This document shows, in pieces, positions 1-14,550 of a DNA stretch of 64,000 bases. The DNA comes from the human T2T-CHM13v2.0 reference genome, Homo sapiens. Every line of letters starts with the position of its first letter. Position 1 is the first letter of the stretch. Under the pieces are notes generated by a model that did no database searches, was not told where the DNA came from, and saw only the letters and a list, made by a program, of their open reading frames with translations. The position numbers and the translations under genes are program-made. The stretch is from NCBI RefSeq assembly GCF_009914755.1, contig NC_060936.1; one strand, written 5' to 3'.

Positions 1-1960
1 TACACAGCGCAGAAACAGGATCACCCTGAATGTCAACAGAAGACTGAAAATCACTTTACAAAAAAAAAAAATAATAACACCCATTTTCATATTTTAAAAA
101 GTGCCAGCCCTTGAGCAGCAGAGTTTCGGAAATGCGGGAGGACATGCCACCAGGTGCCTTCGCTGGAACGTGGCCGCCAGCCGTGAGTGGCCGGGCCCAT
201 CCCGTCCAAAGACAAATGTCTGGAGTGCTTCCGCTCATCTTTAAAAGGCGGCCAGGCCCGTTTATCTTTGGAGTTCTTCTGTCTTAGGATTTTCCCTCTC
301 TACTGTTTGTAATTTCATGAGCACGTCAGCCTAACGGTGAGCAGACCTTCAGGCTCCTAAGCGTGAAGGCCGGAGACTTTCCCTTTGTAAGGCTTAAATC
401 TGAGTGCAGCAAAGAATGAGGAAACCAACCCCGGACATTTTAAAGTCGAATGACAATGGAGCCAGTGCCAATGTTGAGAAGCACTACCACCGTCCCTTAG
501 AGTTCTATTTTGGTAAATACGAATGTTTAACCAGTTGGCAAAATATTTAACCCAGTTAGCAAAATTAACACCGTCATTTCCATAGTTACTCTGCCGTGTA
601 TGGCAAATGCTGCAAGATGAACATCCCATTTGATGAAGCACATTTGAGAAATGTTTGCCAGAAAGTGTGCCTCTGTCTCAGGACCCTAAGCCCAGGGGGA
701 TGAACAGAGACCCCAGCAGCTCTGTGCCTGCTGCCGTGCGGGTGACTCCTCTTCCTGCCGACAAGGTGGGCGATGAGAACGAGGAGGCCCAGTCCCACCA
801 GGGCGCCGCCGACGGCGATGGGGATCGGCGTGTTGTTCTCGCCCAGCAGACGCTCCTCCGCAGATCCGAACTGGTTGCCTTCCACCTTGAAAGCCTGGCC
901 CCACACTGGGAATATGTTGATTGAAAACGCCTTCGTGCCGCGGACACGCTCCGCTCCGGCTGTAGAATTGCCGATGGCTGCCCGCAATGCTCGCAGGGAG
1001 TCGTTGGCAGCTTTAAAAGTGGGGTCTCTGCGGTCAGGAAGAGTCGTATTCAGCTGGATTCCTCGTAGGAAAATCCGGCTAGAACCTGCATTCATCCCCA
1101 ACCGGAAGCCCAGGACCGTGGTGCCCTCGCCGCGCCGCTCCCGGGTCTCCAGGTGGGCGCCGCGCTCCCGCTGGCTGAGGTCATGCCCAGGTCACCGTCG
1201 CGTGGTCCCTCCTCTCTGGGTGAGGTTCAGTTGCAGTCCCGCGCTGGCCGGCAGGCAGGCCCCGTGGGTGCCGCTCACGCTGTACCTGGCCACGGAGGGG
1301 AGAAGGGGCTCTCGGCGCCGTGGCGGGGAAGGCGCGTCTTGCTCGTGGCGCGTCTCTCCCTTGCTGAAGCTGCTGTTGGAAATCTAGGCCTGGATCGGGG
1401 CACCGCGGAGCCTGATGGTCTCGCTGTTCGTGCGGACCTGGGGGCCTTGATATCTGGTAGAGATTCCACAGTCCTGATTTCCTTGGAGCTTGCACTGAGG
1501 AAAATGTGTGTGTCTGACAAGTTGTAAACAAAACTCATGAGCTGGACGCTGTCACGTGTCGCACTTCTTGTGAAATGGAAGGTCAGTGTCTGTCTTCCCC
1601 CAAAGCACAATCGCGTGCCTGGGGTCGGAAGTGTTCTCTTTACTGCAAGAGCCACTGTCAAGCACTTCCGCATTGGATGGCAGGTCAAAGGTCACATTCT
1701 TAGAGCCACTCTTAGAGTCGTAGTTCATCGAGAAGGCAGCGAAGCTGGCCATTACGCAGGCTGTCCCGTTGCCCTTTTTCACCGCATCCGCTGCGGCGGC
1801 ACCACGCACGAGGCCCAGCAGCAGCAGCAGCACCAGGGGCAGCCGGGGGCTCCACCAGATGCAGCCCGGGCGGCAGGCGCGAGGGGAGCCGGGGTGTGGG
1901 GAGCCGGGGCGCGGGGAGGCGGTTGCGGGGCGCTGGCCTGAAGGACGGTGGCGTTCCTGG
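1..1960 (-). pseudogene. LAMP1 processed pseudogene (intronless, frameshifted; 3' UTR runs off the left edge)
   Basis: ORF fragments in different frames match LAMP1: LLLLLGL...GNGTACVMASFAAFSMNYD; SVQLMSFVYNLSDTH; GIQLNT...IPIAVGGAL..LIAHLVGRKRSH. There are no introns, the start codon is lost, and 1-740 resembles the LAMP1 3' UTR. Confidence 0.93.
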
Positions 1961-1961
1961 A

Positions 1962-3720
<1,759 letters not shown>

Positions 3721-3744
3721 ACAACAGCTAAAATAAAAAGTGAC

Positions 3745-5265
3745 TAATACCTTCTGCATAGCAAACAATCAATAAAATGAAATGGCAACCTATGGATTGG
3801 GAGAAAATATTTGCACATTTTATAAGGGACATAAAAATCTTATAAAATATATGGTTTGCAAATATTTTATAATATCCGAAATATATAAGGAACCCACACA
3901 ACTCAACAGCAAAAAAAACCAAAAAACAACACCACCACCCCACACATCCAAATAATCTGATTTAAATATGGACCTGAATAGACCTTTCTCAAAAGAAGAC
4001 ATAAAATGGCCAACAGATATTTGAAAAGCTGCTCAACATCATTGATCATCAGAGAAATGCAAACCCAAACCACAATGAGATGCCACCTCATACCTCTTAG
4101 GATAGCTTCTACCAAAAAGACAAGAAATAAGTGTAGACAAGGGTGTGAAGAAAGGGGAACCTTTGTACACTGTTGGTGGGAATGTAGGTTGGTGCAACCA
4201 CTGTGGAAAACAATATGGAGGAGCCTAAAGAAATGAAAAGTAGAACTGCCATGTGACCCAGGAGTCCCACTTCCATGTATATACCCAAGGGAAAGGACAT
4301 CACCACCTCATAAAGATACCTGCACTTCCATGTTCATTGCACCATTGATAGCCAAGATATTGAAACAACTGAAGTATCTGTTGATGGATGCATAAAGAAA
4401 TTGTAGTGCTTATAAATACAGAGGAATATTATTCAGCCTTAACAAAGAAGGAGATTCTGCCATTTGCTACAACATGGATGAACCTAGAGGACATTATGCT
4501 ACGTGAAATTAGCCAGACACAGAAAAAAATGCTGCATGATCTCACTTATATGTGGAATCTAAAATAAAAATGGAATACATAGAAACAGAGAAAAATGGTG
4601 GTTACTAGCAGCAGGGGAAGGCACGGTGGGAGGTGGGGAATGAGAAAACGTTGGTCAAAAGGTACCATGTTGTGATTATCTAGGATGACTAAGGCTAGAG
4701 CTCTAATGTACAACATGAGGACTAGAGTTCATTGTATTGTATTGTATTGTACACTGGAAACTGGCCAAGAGCACAGAGTTTAGGTGTCCTTACCACACAC
4801 AGGCTAAAGCAAAGGTAACTATATGAGATGATGGGTATGCTAATTTGCTTGACTGTAGTCATCCCTTCACTTCACTTTGTATATCAAGATAAGTACAGTT
4901 GGTCCTCCCATATCCACAGGTTCCACATCCCTGGATTCGATCAACTGTGGATCAAAAAGTATTCCAGAAAAAAGGATAGTTGCATCTGTACTGAATATGT
5001 ACAGACTTTTTCTGTCATTATCCCTTAAACAATACAGTGTAGCTATTTATATAGCAATTACACTGTATTAGGTTTTATAAGTAATCTGGAGATGATTTAA
5101 CGTATTAGGGAAGACTGTGTAGATTACACATAAATCTACACCATTTAATAGAAGGGACTGGGGCATCCATGGATTTTGGTATCTTTGGGGTGTCCTGGTC
5201 CAATCCCCATGGATGCTGAGGGATGACTGCGCATCACGTTGTGCACCTTAAATATATACAATCGA
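3745..5265 (+). mobile_element. L1 3' fragment (ORF2 end and 3' UTR, L1MA-like), split by MER2
   Basis: ORF 4006..4236 ([11 protein letters not shown]...HCWWEC) is the L1 ORF2 C-terminus, followed by a typical 3' UTR. Confidence 0.85.
4896..5229. mobile_element. MER2-like Tigger DNA transposon fossil
   Basis: Begins TA|CAGTTGGTCCTCC and ends GAGGGATGACTG (imperfect terminal inverted repeats); ~334 bp; inserted in an L1 3' UTR. Confidence 0.75.
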
Positions 5266-5304
5266 AAAGCAGGTCTAAAGCAAGAAAAAAATTCCTGTTT
5301 GGTT

Positions 5305-5945
5305 CTTATAATGATTTTGTACTGTGTCAAATTAGCTAAGCTGGAACTACACTTCCAGACTCAATGCCCAGTGTGGTTTCGAGTCAGGGTCAGCCAAAGA
5401 GAAGTGTGTGTGAGATTTGCAGACAGAAGTGCAGCAGTAGCCGTTTTGCACACTGAAGTCCGCACAGAATACCAGGCTCTGCCACTCTTTGCTGTAACCT
5501 ACCGTCGTGCTTTCTAGGCATGGGCCGAAGCCAGATTCAAAGCCACCCGCTGCTGCTGGCTCTCCTCCTTCAGTTTCCCTGAGACCTAACCTGGTGAGGA
5601 TGCAGCTCCTCATGGAAGGCACTGGCTCCGTCTGCGGGTCATCTGCCATCCTGATGGGTAGAGTTGGTGAGTGACAGATGTGGGTTTCAGTTTGTTTTCA
5701 CGGATTCCTGTTTTTCCTCTTGAGTTCCAGTTCGTTCTTGCTTTCTTCCACATCTCATCCAGCTTTCCTTCCCAACTGCTGGTCATGCTGACCTACAATG
5801 ACTTCAAGCTCACCATTGGATGCAGACACCAGCTTTCCATAGATTTCATAAACAGCTCCCACAGTTTCATAAGGTCTAATCCCTACGATAAAATCCTACA
5901 TTCTATCACTCCCAGGGGCTCTGTTCTTTGACCAAGCCCTAACCA
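5305..5945. mobile_element. Probable old ERVL-type solo LTR
   Basis: Start (tgtgtcaaattagctaagctggaactac) and end (gctctgttctttgaccaagccctaac) resemble old ERVL/MLT2-like LTR ends; family not assignable by eye. Confidence 0.4.
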
Positions 5946-7189
5946 TTTCTCCGCTGAGATTCTCCATCTGTTCCCTCATTATGAACATCTTTTCCTTTAC
6001 ACAGTTACAATGTCTGCACTAAAGTCATTCTAATTCTAACAGCTGGGTCATAACACTTTTTATTATATACTGGATATTTGAGGGGTAGGCTGTAGATACT
6101 CTTGTCTTCCTTTGAAGGTGTTTTTGTATTAAGCAGTAGTTAAATGATGGGTTGATAAGAACTGAGCATATAGAGGCTTGAATTCACATTTTGTTTGGGT
6201 GGGTCTGTCTCAGCTTTGTCTTTAGGCCTAGGGCGAATCTCTTGGTCGTGGGACAGTCTTTACTCCTAAGGTGTAGTTCTTCTGTGCTTTCAAAGGAAAT
6301 CCTGAGGTGTTTACCAAGCCCCTCCACCTCTGTGTGACTCACACTCCAAACTGTCCCTACTACACGTGCAAAAGCTGAGATCCCGTGTTGAGATCCTGCT
6401 CTGGAATCCTGCTTTCGGCTTTCCGTGTTGCATTCCACTGGGGCACCTCGAGGCTTCCCTGTGTCTGCAGGGCTCAGGAGTCAGCCAGGAATTTCAGAGG
6501 AGTTTGTAAACAGATTTGGGGTCTAGCCTCCCTGTGGCTCGCTGCTTCTGGGCTAGCCCTCCTCATTTCCAGACACTCTGGAAATGCAAATTCTGTTCTC
6601 TGACACTTCACGGTGACAACCTTGCAGCCTTCTGCTTGAATTCTAGCTGTTGCGCTCCAGACAGACTGGGGAGTGCCCTTTGGGAAAAAGAGCCATCAAA
6701 ACGCATATCACACCCAATGCAGTTCTCTTGATTCAAGGGTTGTTGCTGCCTGCTTTTGGTCGCTTTCAAGTGCCTTTCCGTTTTTGTTTTTTGTATTTTG
6801 TTCAGAGTTTATAATTGTTATCTGCTGAAGGGTGAGTCTAGTCAAGCTACACCTTACTCAAATGAACTTTGAGATCACCTTTTAAGGCTGAAGTAAAAGG
6901 AAGAGAGAAGGGGTGTGGGGGGTTGGGAGGGGGTCTGTGAATTCTGTTAACAGAAAGAGAGAGCGCGAGAGGTCTGGAAGACGAGGCTGGGAGTAAAGAG
7001 GTATCTGAGCAATCTGCTCCTTTAATACACTGACTCCTTCTGCCGGACAAAAATGTGAGGGGAAGAGAGAGAGAGAAAGACAGTGTAAGAGCACGTCACA
7101 GAGTACTCTAGCCCTGTGTTCCTGAAATCCAGGGTGCAGGGATTCAAGGGCACTGGAGGAACACGAGGCAAAGCTGCTCTGCATGCCAG

Positions 7190-7955
7190 CCGCTGGTGTG
7201 TGTGTGTATACGTGTGTGTTGCTGGTGGTGTGTACGCACGTGTTGCTGGTGTGTGTGTACGTGTGTGCTGCTGTTGTGTGCATATGTACACGTGTGTTGC
7301 TGGTGTGTGTGTACACATGTGTGCTGCTGGTGTGTGCCTGTGTACACGTGTTGCTGGTGTGTGTACATGTGTGTGCTTCTGGTATGTGTGTGTACACATG
7401 TGCTGCTGGTGTGTGTACAAATGTGTGCCACTGGTGTGTGTGTACACCTGTATGTTGCTGGTGTGTGTGTATACGTGTGTGCTGCTAGTGTGTGCATGTG
7501 TACACGTGTGTTGCTGGTGTGTGTACATGTGTGTGCTGCTGGTGTGTGTACACGTGCTGCTGGTGTGTGTACAAATGTGTGCCACTGGTGTGTGTACACC
7601 TGTATGTTGCTGGTGTGTGTGTACACGTGTGTGCTGCTAGTGTGTGCATATGTACATGTGTGTGTTGCTGGTGTGTGTGTACATGTGTGCCACTGATGTG
7701 TGCGTGTGTACACGTGTGTGCTGGTGTGTGTACGTGTGTGTTGCTGGTGTATGTGTGTACACATGTATGCCGCTCGTGTGTGCATGTGTACACGCGTGTT
7801 ACTGGTGTGTGTACACGTGTGTGCTGCTGGTATGTGTGTACACATGTGCTGCTGGTGTGTGTGTACACGTGTATGCAACTGGCATGTGTGTACAATACAC
7901 GTGTGCTGCTGGTATATGTACATGTGTGCTGCTGCTGTGTGTGCATATTCATGCG
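7190..7955. repeat. Complex TG/CA-rich tandem repeat (~22-30 bp units such as GTGTGTACACGTGTGTGCTGCTG)
   Basis: Directly visible; produces the Cys/Val and His/Thr low-complexity ORFs. Confidence 0.95.
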
Positions 7956-10764
7956 TGGACTCCAGTCAGTGCAGTTAATTTGGAAGAACCCAGAGGCTAG
8001 GAAGGAACACTCTGTCTGCCCCTTCCCTCCCCCATTGCTAATTATTGTTTGAAATGATCAAAAACGAGAATGACAGAACGACTCCTAGGTTAGACTCCAG
8101 GACACTTTGCTCTTCTGCTTTCTTCTTTTAAACTTGTGTCTGAGGGTGTCTGGCCAGCATGCTGCTGATGGGTTAGAAATTGTGGCACCTGTTACTGGTC
8201 TGCAATTTGGGACAAAACCCCTGCCATCAAAGTGGCAAATGGGAGGCCCGCCAGCCAAAACTGGGCTTCTTACGAGTTTAACATCCTAGATGTTGGCCCA
8301 GGTTGTGTTTTTAACATTTTTGGAATGAGTTGCACATGTTTCAAACATGGGTCTTAGCCGTCTCCTGCAGATGGTGTGTGTTCTCTCATCTGCCACAGTT
8401 CCCAGAGCCCCCTGCACGGAGGCCTGTCTGCTTCTCTTACTCGTGTTTATTAACAAATACAAGTTTGGCCCCATAGGTTTCTGGGTTTGTGAGTCCTGCC
8501 TTAAATCATGCTGTTGACGTGTGGAAAATAAGGATACCTATAAAATCCCCTGGAGAAAACAACACGGCAGGCGGTCCTGTACCGGGAGATGGCTCGAACA
8601 GTAACAGTTATTCCCACAAGGCTTTTAGAAAGCTTTCCTCAGCCTAGACCTAGACCTGGAGACGGTTTCTACTGAGAAACCAGCTCGTAAGTTGAGACAC
8701 ACCACTGAGCTGAGAGGGAGGGCTGGGATAGATCAGCAGGCAGGCCGACCATGGGGCGGTTGGATGGCTCTGTGAGAGCTGTGTGGAGGAGACAGGGCCT
8801 TTGGCAGTGAAGAAAACGCAGCCACTTTGGGGATGAGTGGCAGCCTAAGACATCAGAGCAGTGAGAGCCAGACACTGCCTCGGCGGCCCCACAGCAGCAA
8901 AATGCCCTGCACAGAGTGGAGGCTGCCAGGCTCCTGGGGTCAGGGTGAAGAGATGGAGGATGAAGGAGGACTGTGTGGTGATAGAATGGGGTAGAGGGAG
9001 AGGAGAAGGCGATGAGTGTTCAAGGTGGAATAGAAATGCTATGCTAAAGCAAACTCTGGGAAACCTTTAAGGCTGGAGAGTTGAGAATTCAGGGCCAGTC
9101 CTACAGAAAAGGCCTTCTACAGCAGTGGTTACGAATGGGAGATCTCGGAGCAGTTACACATGGGCTTTGCAGTTGATCATCTGGGTGACCCTGGGCAAGT
9201 TTTTAGCCTCTCTGAATATCCTCATCTGTCAAATGGGGATAGGATAGGCCCACCCTCAGGTTGTGAGTGTTCAATGAGTGAATACTTGACAGCGCCCAGC
9301 CCAGTTTCTTATAAATGTTAGTTTCCATCATTATTATTAGCTGTACTAATAGTAGTAAGACATGAACCCCTAAGTGCCATGGAACGTCCATTATGGTCAT
9401 GATCGTCGTCATCCTCATTGAACGTTCTTTATGTTGAAGCACCCGTATATCAGGAAGCCTTTGCGAAATTGCAAATATGTAACCCAGATGGTCTATTAGT
9501 AGCAATGAACAAACTTTGAAAGGATGGGCAGAGGTTTCAGAAGTTCAGCCTACTGCATTTGGTTAGGACTCTGCCTCAGTGGCTCTGAGAAGCATAAAAG
9601 CAGCACGAGATTCCTGGGCACTGGGGGAAAGGGTAGAAGAGAACCACACCCACTGCATGTGTCAGTCTGTATTAGATACAGTATAGCCACATTCAGATCT
9701 ACCTTTAAGCTGTCCTGTGCCATAAGCAGACTAAATTCTTCATTGTCAGTTCAGTGCTGTGGCCGTGCTGGGCTCCATGAGAGCTCATCTGTGCATGTGA
9801 TCAGGAATCTGGTTGGGATAAAGGTGGGTGCCTGTGGAAGAAGCCTCTGTTCTTTTGGATCAGGAGAAGGAACAGCTGCCACTGGTGGTCTGACCTCACT
9901 ATAGTGCCCAGTCTGCCTGCAGGAGGCCTTTCTCAGCCCAGAGCTTACAAAAAGCCAGGCAGATGCCACCAAAATCAGACACTGGTCCCAGTGAAAATCA
10001 GTCTGGCCTAAAAGGGATGCTTCCTTGTCTCTCCCTGTGCTTTCTTGTTTGGCTTTCATGGAGGTCTGTGTTGTGGAAGAACTTGGGTCTAATTGCTGCA
10101 GGCAGATGCCTGTGCTCTTTCAGCTGAGGCAGATGGGCAGGGGAGGAGGAGGTGGGGGTGGCTGTGAGGGAGGAGGTGACATTTGTAAATATGTCAAGGG
10201 ACAATGCAGAATCAGTAGACACATTGGAACCTTTTAAGTGAGAAGATGAAATGATCTTTTATAAACGATGCACATGGTTGTAAAGATAGTAATGGGATTA
10301 GTGAGGGCATTGATTCCTAACTATCTGGGAATGACAGTGGATGAAAATCAGCTGTAGGGAATAGTGAATATTTCAATCTCTTCCTGTATAACACTTCACA
10401 AGAGCTGCTTACCATTTACAAAATCAGCTGTCACGTTTCCCCTTTTCATTATAAACAACAAAAGGGCCAGTAGCAGGCAGCATAAGGAGGAAAGAAGAGC
10501 TGTAAATGCCTTGGCCAGCTTTCTCCCCAGCTCAGCGGTCTCCCAAAAGCCAAGCATTGCATGAGCAATCCTGTCATTCCCTGGCTAGGTGTTTCTCCAG
10601 GGCCAATGCACCCTGCGTATACTCCCTAATGGACCCTCTAGGTGCAGCAAGCACTCAACTCTTCAGCTATAATTAGGCTAAGTCCAGGTCCCTCGTCACT
10701 ACTCCAAACCCAATTAATGAAGATGCCTTCCTAGGCCATGCCCTGGCTGTTTCTAGCTCCTTAC

Positions 10765-10836
10765 CCCTTTATCCATCGGAACCTTCACATCCATCGAGAG
10801 AGTACCTGTTTCCCTATTGATCATGGCTGTTCTCAG
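10765..10836 (-). CDS. CACNA2D4: CACNA2D4 exon 18 (72 nt), LRTAMINRETGTLSMDVKVPMDKG
   Basis: Read by hand; acceptor ctgaag|CTG, donor GGG|GTAAGG. Confidence 0.94.
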
Positions 10837-11411
10837 CTTCAGGAGGAAAGACAATGGCATTAGTTCCTTGGCTCACAGGGGATGGTGAAAGTATGGCATT
10901 CTTCAGACCAGATTAGAGGTGATCCCCAGAAACACTTTTGGTTCTTCCCTTTTTCCTCTGAGAGAGATACCAGGAGGGAAGATGGACCTGACTCTAAGCT
11001 CCATCTAGCTCATAATTCCAGGCATTCACCAAGATCCCACTCCCATGTGCACTGATGCATTGGGGTACAGAGTGCCAAGTTGCTGGGACATAATTTCCTC
11101 TAGGACGAGATATTGCAATCAAAAGCCAGGCTAAAACATCACTAAAACTCAGACTCTGCAGCTTATACACATGATCTCATCCAGCCTCAGTAGTCCTTGT
11201 GATTCAAGAAGATATTGTTATATTTTTATAGTTGTTAAAAGAATTGCTCATTTTAGGCATTGCTTGTGGCTTGAGCTTGGAAAGGCTCTGGGATGAACCT
11301 GTTCTGCCTGACAGGAACAGAGTGACCTCAAAGCTCACAGCCACACAGCTGACCCATTTAGTTGGATGTAGAGCCTAACTAGCTTCCCTTCCCCCTATTT
11401 TCCCCACTCAC

Positions 11412-11498
11412 AGATTCAGCCTGGTCTTCCCACTCCACTTCGGAGAGATCCACACTGTTGTAGTTAGGTTTGGGTTTTAGTTTCTTCCCCTCTCTGTA
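11412..11498 (-). CDS. CACNA2D4: CACNA2D4 exon 17 (87 nt), [29 protein letters not shown]
   Basis: Read by hand; acceptor ctccag|TAC, donor TCT|GTGAGT. Confidence 0.95.
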
Positions 11499-14475
11499 CT
11501 GGAGTGGGCAGGTCAGGAAGAAAAACATGTGGTCAGTATACGTCCTGCTCAAGTTTATCTCTTCTACAAAGCCTTTCAGGTATATTCATAAAAGCAAAGG
11601 ATTCCTTAGAAATCAATCAATCCAGTAATTACTTAAGGTTATCTGGGCAAATTCCACCTGATACAGAGCTCCCCTTACTGACATCTATGACAGATGGTCT
11701 CACGGCCTCTGAGTGAATCTTCCCCATGGCAGGGAGCTCCCTATCTCGTGGGTCAGCTTGTTGGAGCTTTGGATAGCCCTAATTGTTAGAAAGTTCCTCC
11801 TCACACAAAGCTGAAATCCATCTCCCTGTTACTTCCATCCACTGATCTTCCTTCTTTCCCCTGGAGCTGCATAGAATGTGTTCCACCTGACAGCCCCTGG
11901 GATTTCCAAAGATACTTGTCACGCCTAAGACTTCACTGCTCCAACTGAGTTTGCCCGGTGTGCAGGTGCCTCAGCTCCCTCTGAATATGTTGTACTTTGT
12001 CTTCAATGTCACTCTCAAAATGGAGTTCCCAGGACAAAAGCCAACCTTCCAAATGGGGTCTGACCAGTGTGGCGTGGGCTGTGATCTGTGCACTAAGGCG
12101 TCAGGGGGCCCTGACTGCTGCCTGCGGTTCTGCTGTTTTCCTGGCCAGCCGCACTGACCTGGCAGTTCAGGCGGAGATTTCAGACAGTTCAGTCCCCTTG
12201 GTCTTCCTCATGGGACACACTGTCAGGTCCCTCTTCACAATCGTAAGCTTGGGCACTGAGTATTTCGCAGAGCTCTCCAGGCATCCCTAATATATTTCAT
12301 CTTGCTAGTTTCAGCCCCTTTGTTTTAGGAGACTGCTTTCTGAATACTAATTTTCTCATTTAATGTATTAGCCATACCTTCCAGACTTTATGGCATCTGC
12401 CTTCTGCATTTTCATCTTAGGGATAAAATATTTGAATGGGACGGAGACAAGGACAGATCAGTGCTTAATAAAGACCTCCCTTCAACTTGACATACAGCCA
12501 TTAATCAACATGCTGAGTGTTATTATTTTCTGGCCCTGACTTCTCTCTCTCTGAAGCCAAGACAGATGTCACCAAGTTATCTATGATTAGGTCTGCAGCA
12601 CTTCCCGGGTTTAGTTTATTAACCCCAATCAAAAAAGCAAAGAGGATAGTTTATCATTGAGGTAAATTAAGGATTAATTAACATGTCTGCTTTGAGCCAA
12701 ATGAGGCCCCCAGCAGATGCCTGGACAGCTCCGGTCCCCTATCACTGTGTATCTTGCTTCCGCCAGTTTTTTGTTTGTTCACTTTTTTCGGGGAAGTGTC
12801 GTGCTGATTTCTTGCCTGTTCAGGGGATCTGTAGGATCCCCTTTCCCCTCTTTCCCTCCTTTCCCATGCCTGGATCATGCTTCTTGGTCTTATTAATGAC
12901 CATACTCATCAAACAGCCCTGTCCTGCCATCTTTTACATGGGATCTGTTTCCTTTGGGTGGGGCTCAACATTCCATTGCCATTTCCTAAATCCTGACAAA
13001 GCCTGAAGATCATCTGTAGCTCCTCATTTTAAAACTGCAATTCTACTCCATTAAATACTCCTACATGGGGCACTGACATGGAAAGATTTCAGTCCAATGG
13101 CATGGCTCTTTTAATTTATTACTGGGCATATCCTCGTTATTTTTTCTTTTTCAAACGTAACTATTGTTTTCCTGATAGTGCTTTCCTCAGATAACTCATT
13201 ACTTTGGCTTTGCTATATCTTTTGTTTTGTAATCGTGTCCTGTGTGGTATTATTCCCTAATTGTTTCATTTGTGTAAGTCTAGTTTTCCTAATTAGAGTA
13301 CAAGCCTCTGTTTATAGCATTCTTCACTGCATCGTGAGGTCAGGCACGAGGAGGCCCACAGTGTGAATCCACTGGTTGAAGCCTTATATTCGTCTAGAGT
13401 ACATAGATGGTAACAGGCAGTTTATGATCAGTACCCCTCAATTCTACAAGTCAGCTCCAGAATCAGCATATTATTTCCCTAGTGAGTCATTCTGCTGGCA
13501 CTGGGGCTGTCCCCCGCAGAACCCCTTGGTACAAGGGAGTGACATGTTATGGGCTCAGATGCTTGCCCAGCAGAGCCTGATTTGGAAGACAGCATGAACA
13601 GAGTGGCTTCCAGTGTGCCCTGATCTCTCTCTATTCAGAACCCCTAGAGTTTGCCTTAAATAGTTAATCATTGCCTTGCAGATATTCAGTGTCTATTTGA
13701 ACCAAATGGAATGAATGGAGTGTGGCTTAGACTGACCTCTCCAAATGACACCTGGGCAGATGAGGCCCTAAGTTCTCCGGAAGGTGCTCTGCTGTCTGTC
13801 CTCTGTTGCCATCTGTTATTCACCATAAGACTGGTAGAGGGCAAAGGGCTACGATTCTCCTAGGACTTTAGCTCCCGCCGTCCCAACAGCCACACTGAGA
13901 GCTGTGGTCATTATTGCTGCATAGTGCTCAAGTGCATGACTAGCTCCTGGAGGCAGAGCTTTCAGATAAGACAATGCAACTTTCTTCCTCAGCCATCAGA
14001 GGCTCAGTTGAACTCATGTGAAAATACCCCAGCCTCTGTGTCACAGTGAAGAGGGCTGGGAGGGCCAGGAGCACTCAGGAATGCATCCTAAGGTGTGCTG
14101 CTCAGGAGAGGGCTCCCCTGCCATTTCCATGCTTAGCTCCTTGTTCACCCAACTTCGCAGGCCCCCAGAGTTCTGAGAGACTCCAAGCAGATGTGAATAA
14201 TGGCCCTGCGGGCTCTTTAGCCTCAAAACTGCACACTTCGTTACGTGCTCTCTGGCCCACTCATCAGTCATTTCACATGTTTTTGCCTTGTCTCTTCTGA
14301 TAGAATCTAAACAACTTGAAAACAGGGACCATGACTCGAATACATTTTTTTTCTCATATTACCCACTGGGTTCCTAAATGGAGCCCAATGTGTGTTTGTT
14401 GTTTTAATCGTTTTTGTGAATTACCCCCAAATCCCATACAGTAAGGATCCCAAGGCAAAGAAGATCTGTACCTAC

Positions 14476-14550
14476 CAGGGGCCGGAGGTCGGGATGGGAG
14501 AGGATGTAGCCATTGTTGGTGTTCAGAAAGGCGTATCCGTGCACTCCAAG
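14476..14550 (-). CDS. CACNA2D4: CACNA2D4 exon 16 (75 nt), [25 protein letters not shown] (Cache domain)
   Basis: Acceptor ggcag|CTT, donor CTG|GTAGGT. Confidence 0.96.

Noticed and set aside
58-75. A-run as the retrocopy poly(A) tail
   Set aside because: Wrong strand; it is an internal U-rich stretch of the LAMP1 3' UTR. The true 3' end lies left of the window.
773-1941. Plus-strand ORFs of 124-204 aa over the pseudogene
   Set aside because: Antisense shadows of GC-rich LAMP1-derived sequence.
7221-7228. Chi-like GCTGGTGG and related cores in the minisatellites
   Set aside because: Chi is a bacterial RecBCD signal; its occurrence here is expected from repeat composition.
6882-8052. Many long Cys/Val- or His/Thr-rich ORFs (up to 259 aa)
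   Set aside because: Artefacts of the TG/CA repeat, open in nearly all frames on both strands.
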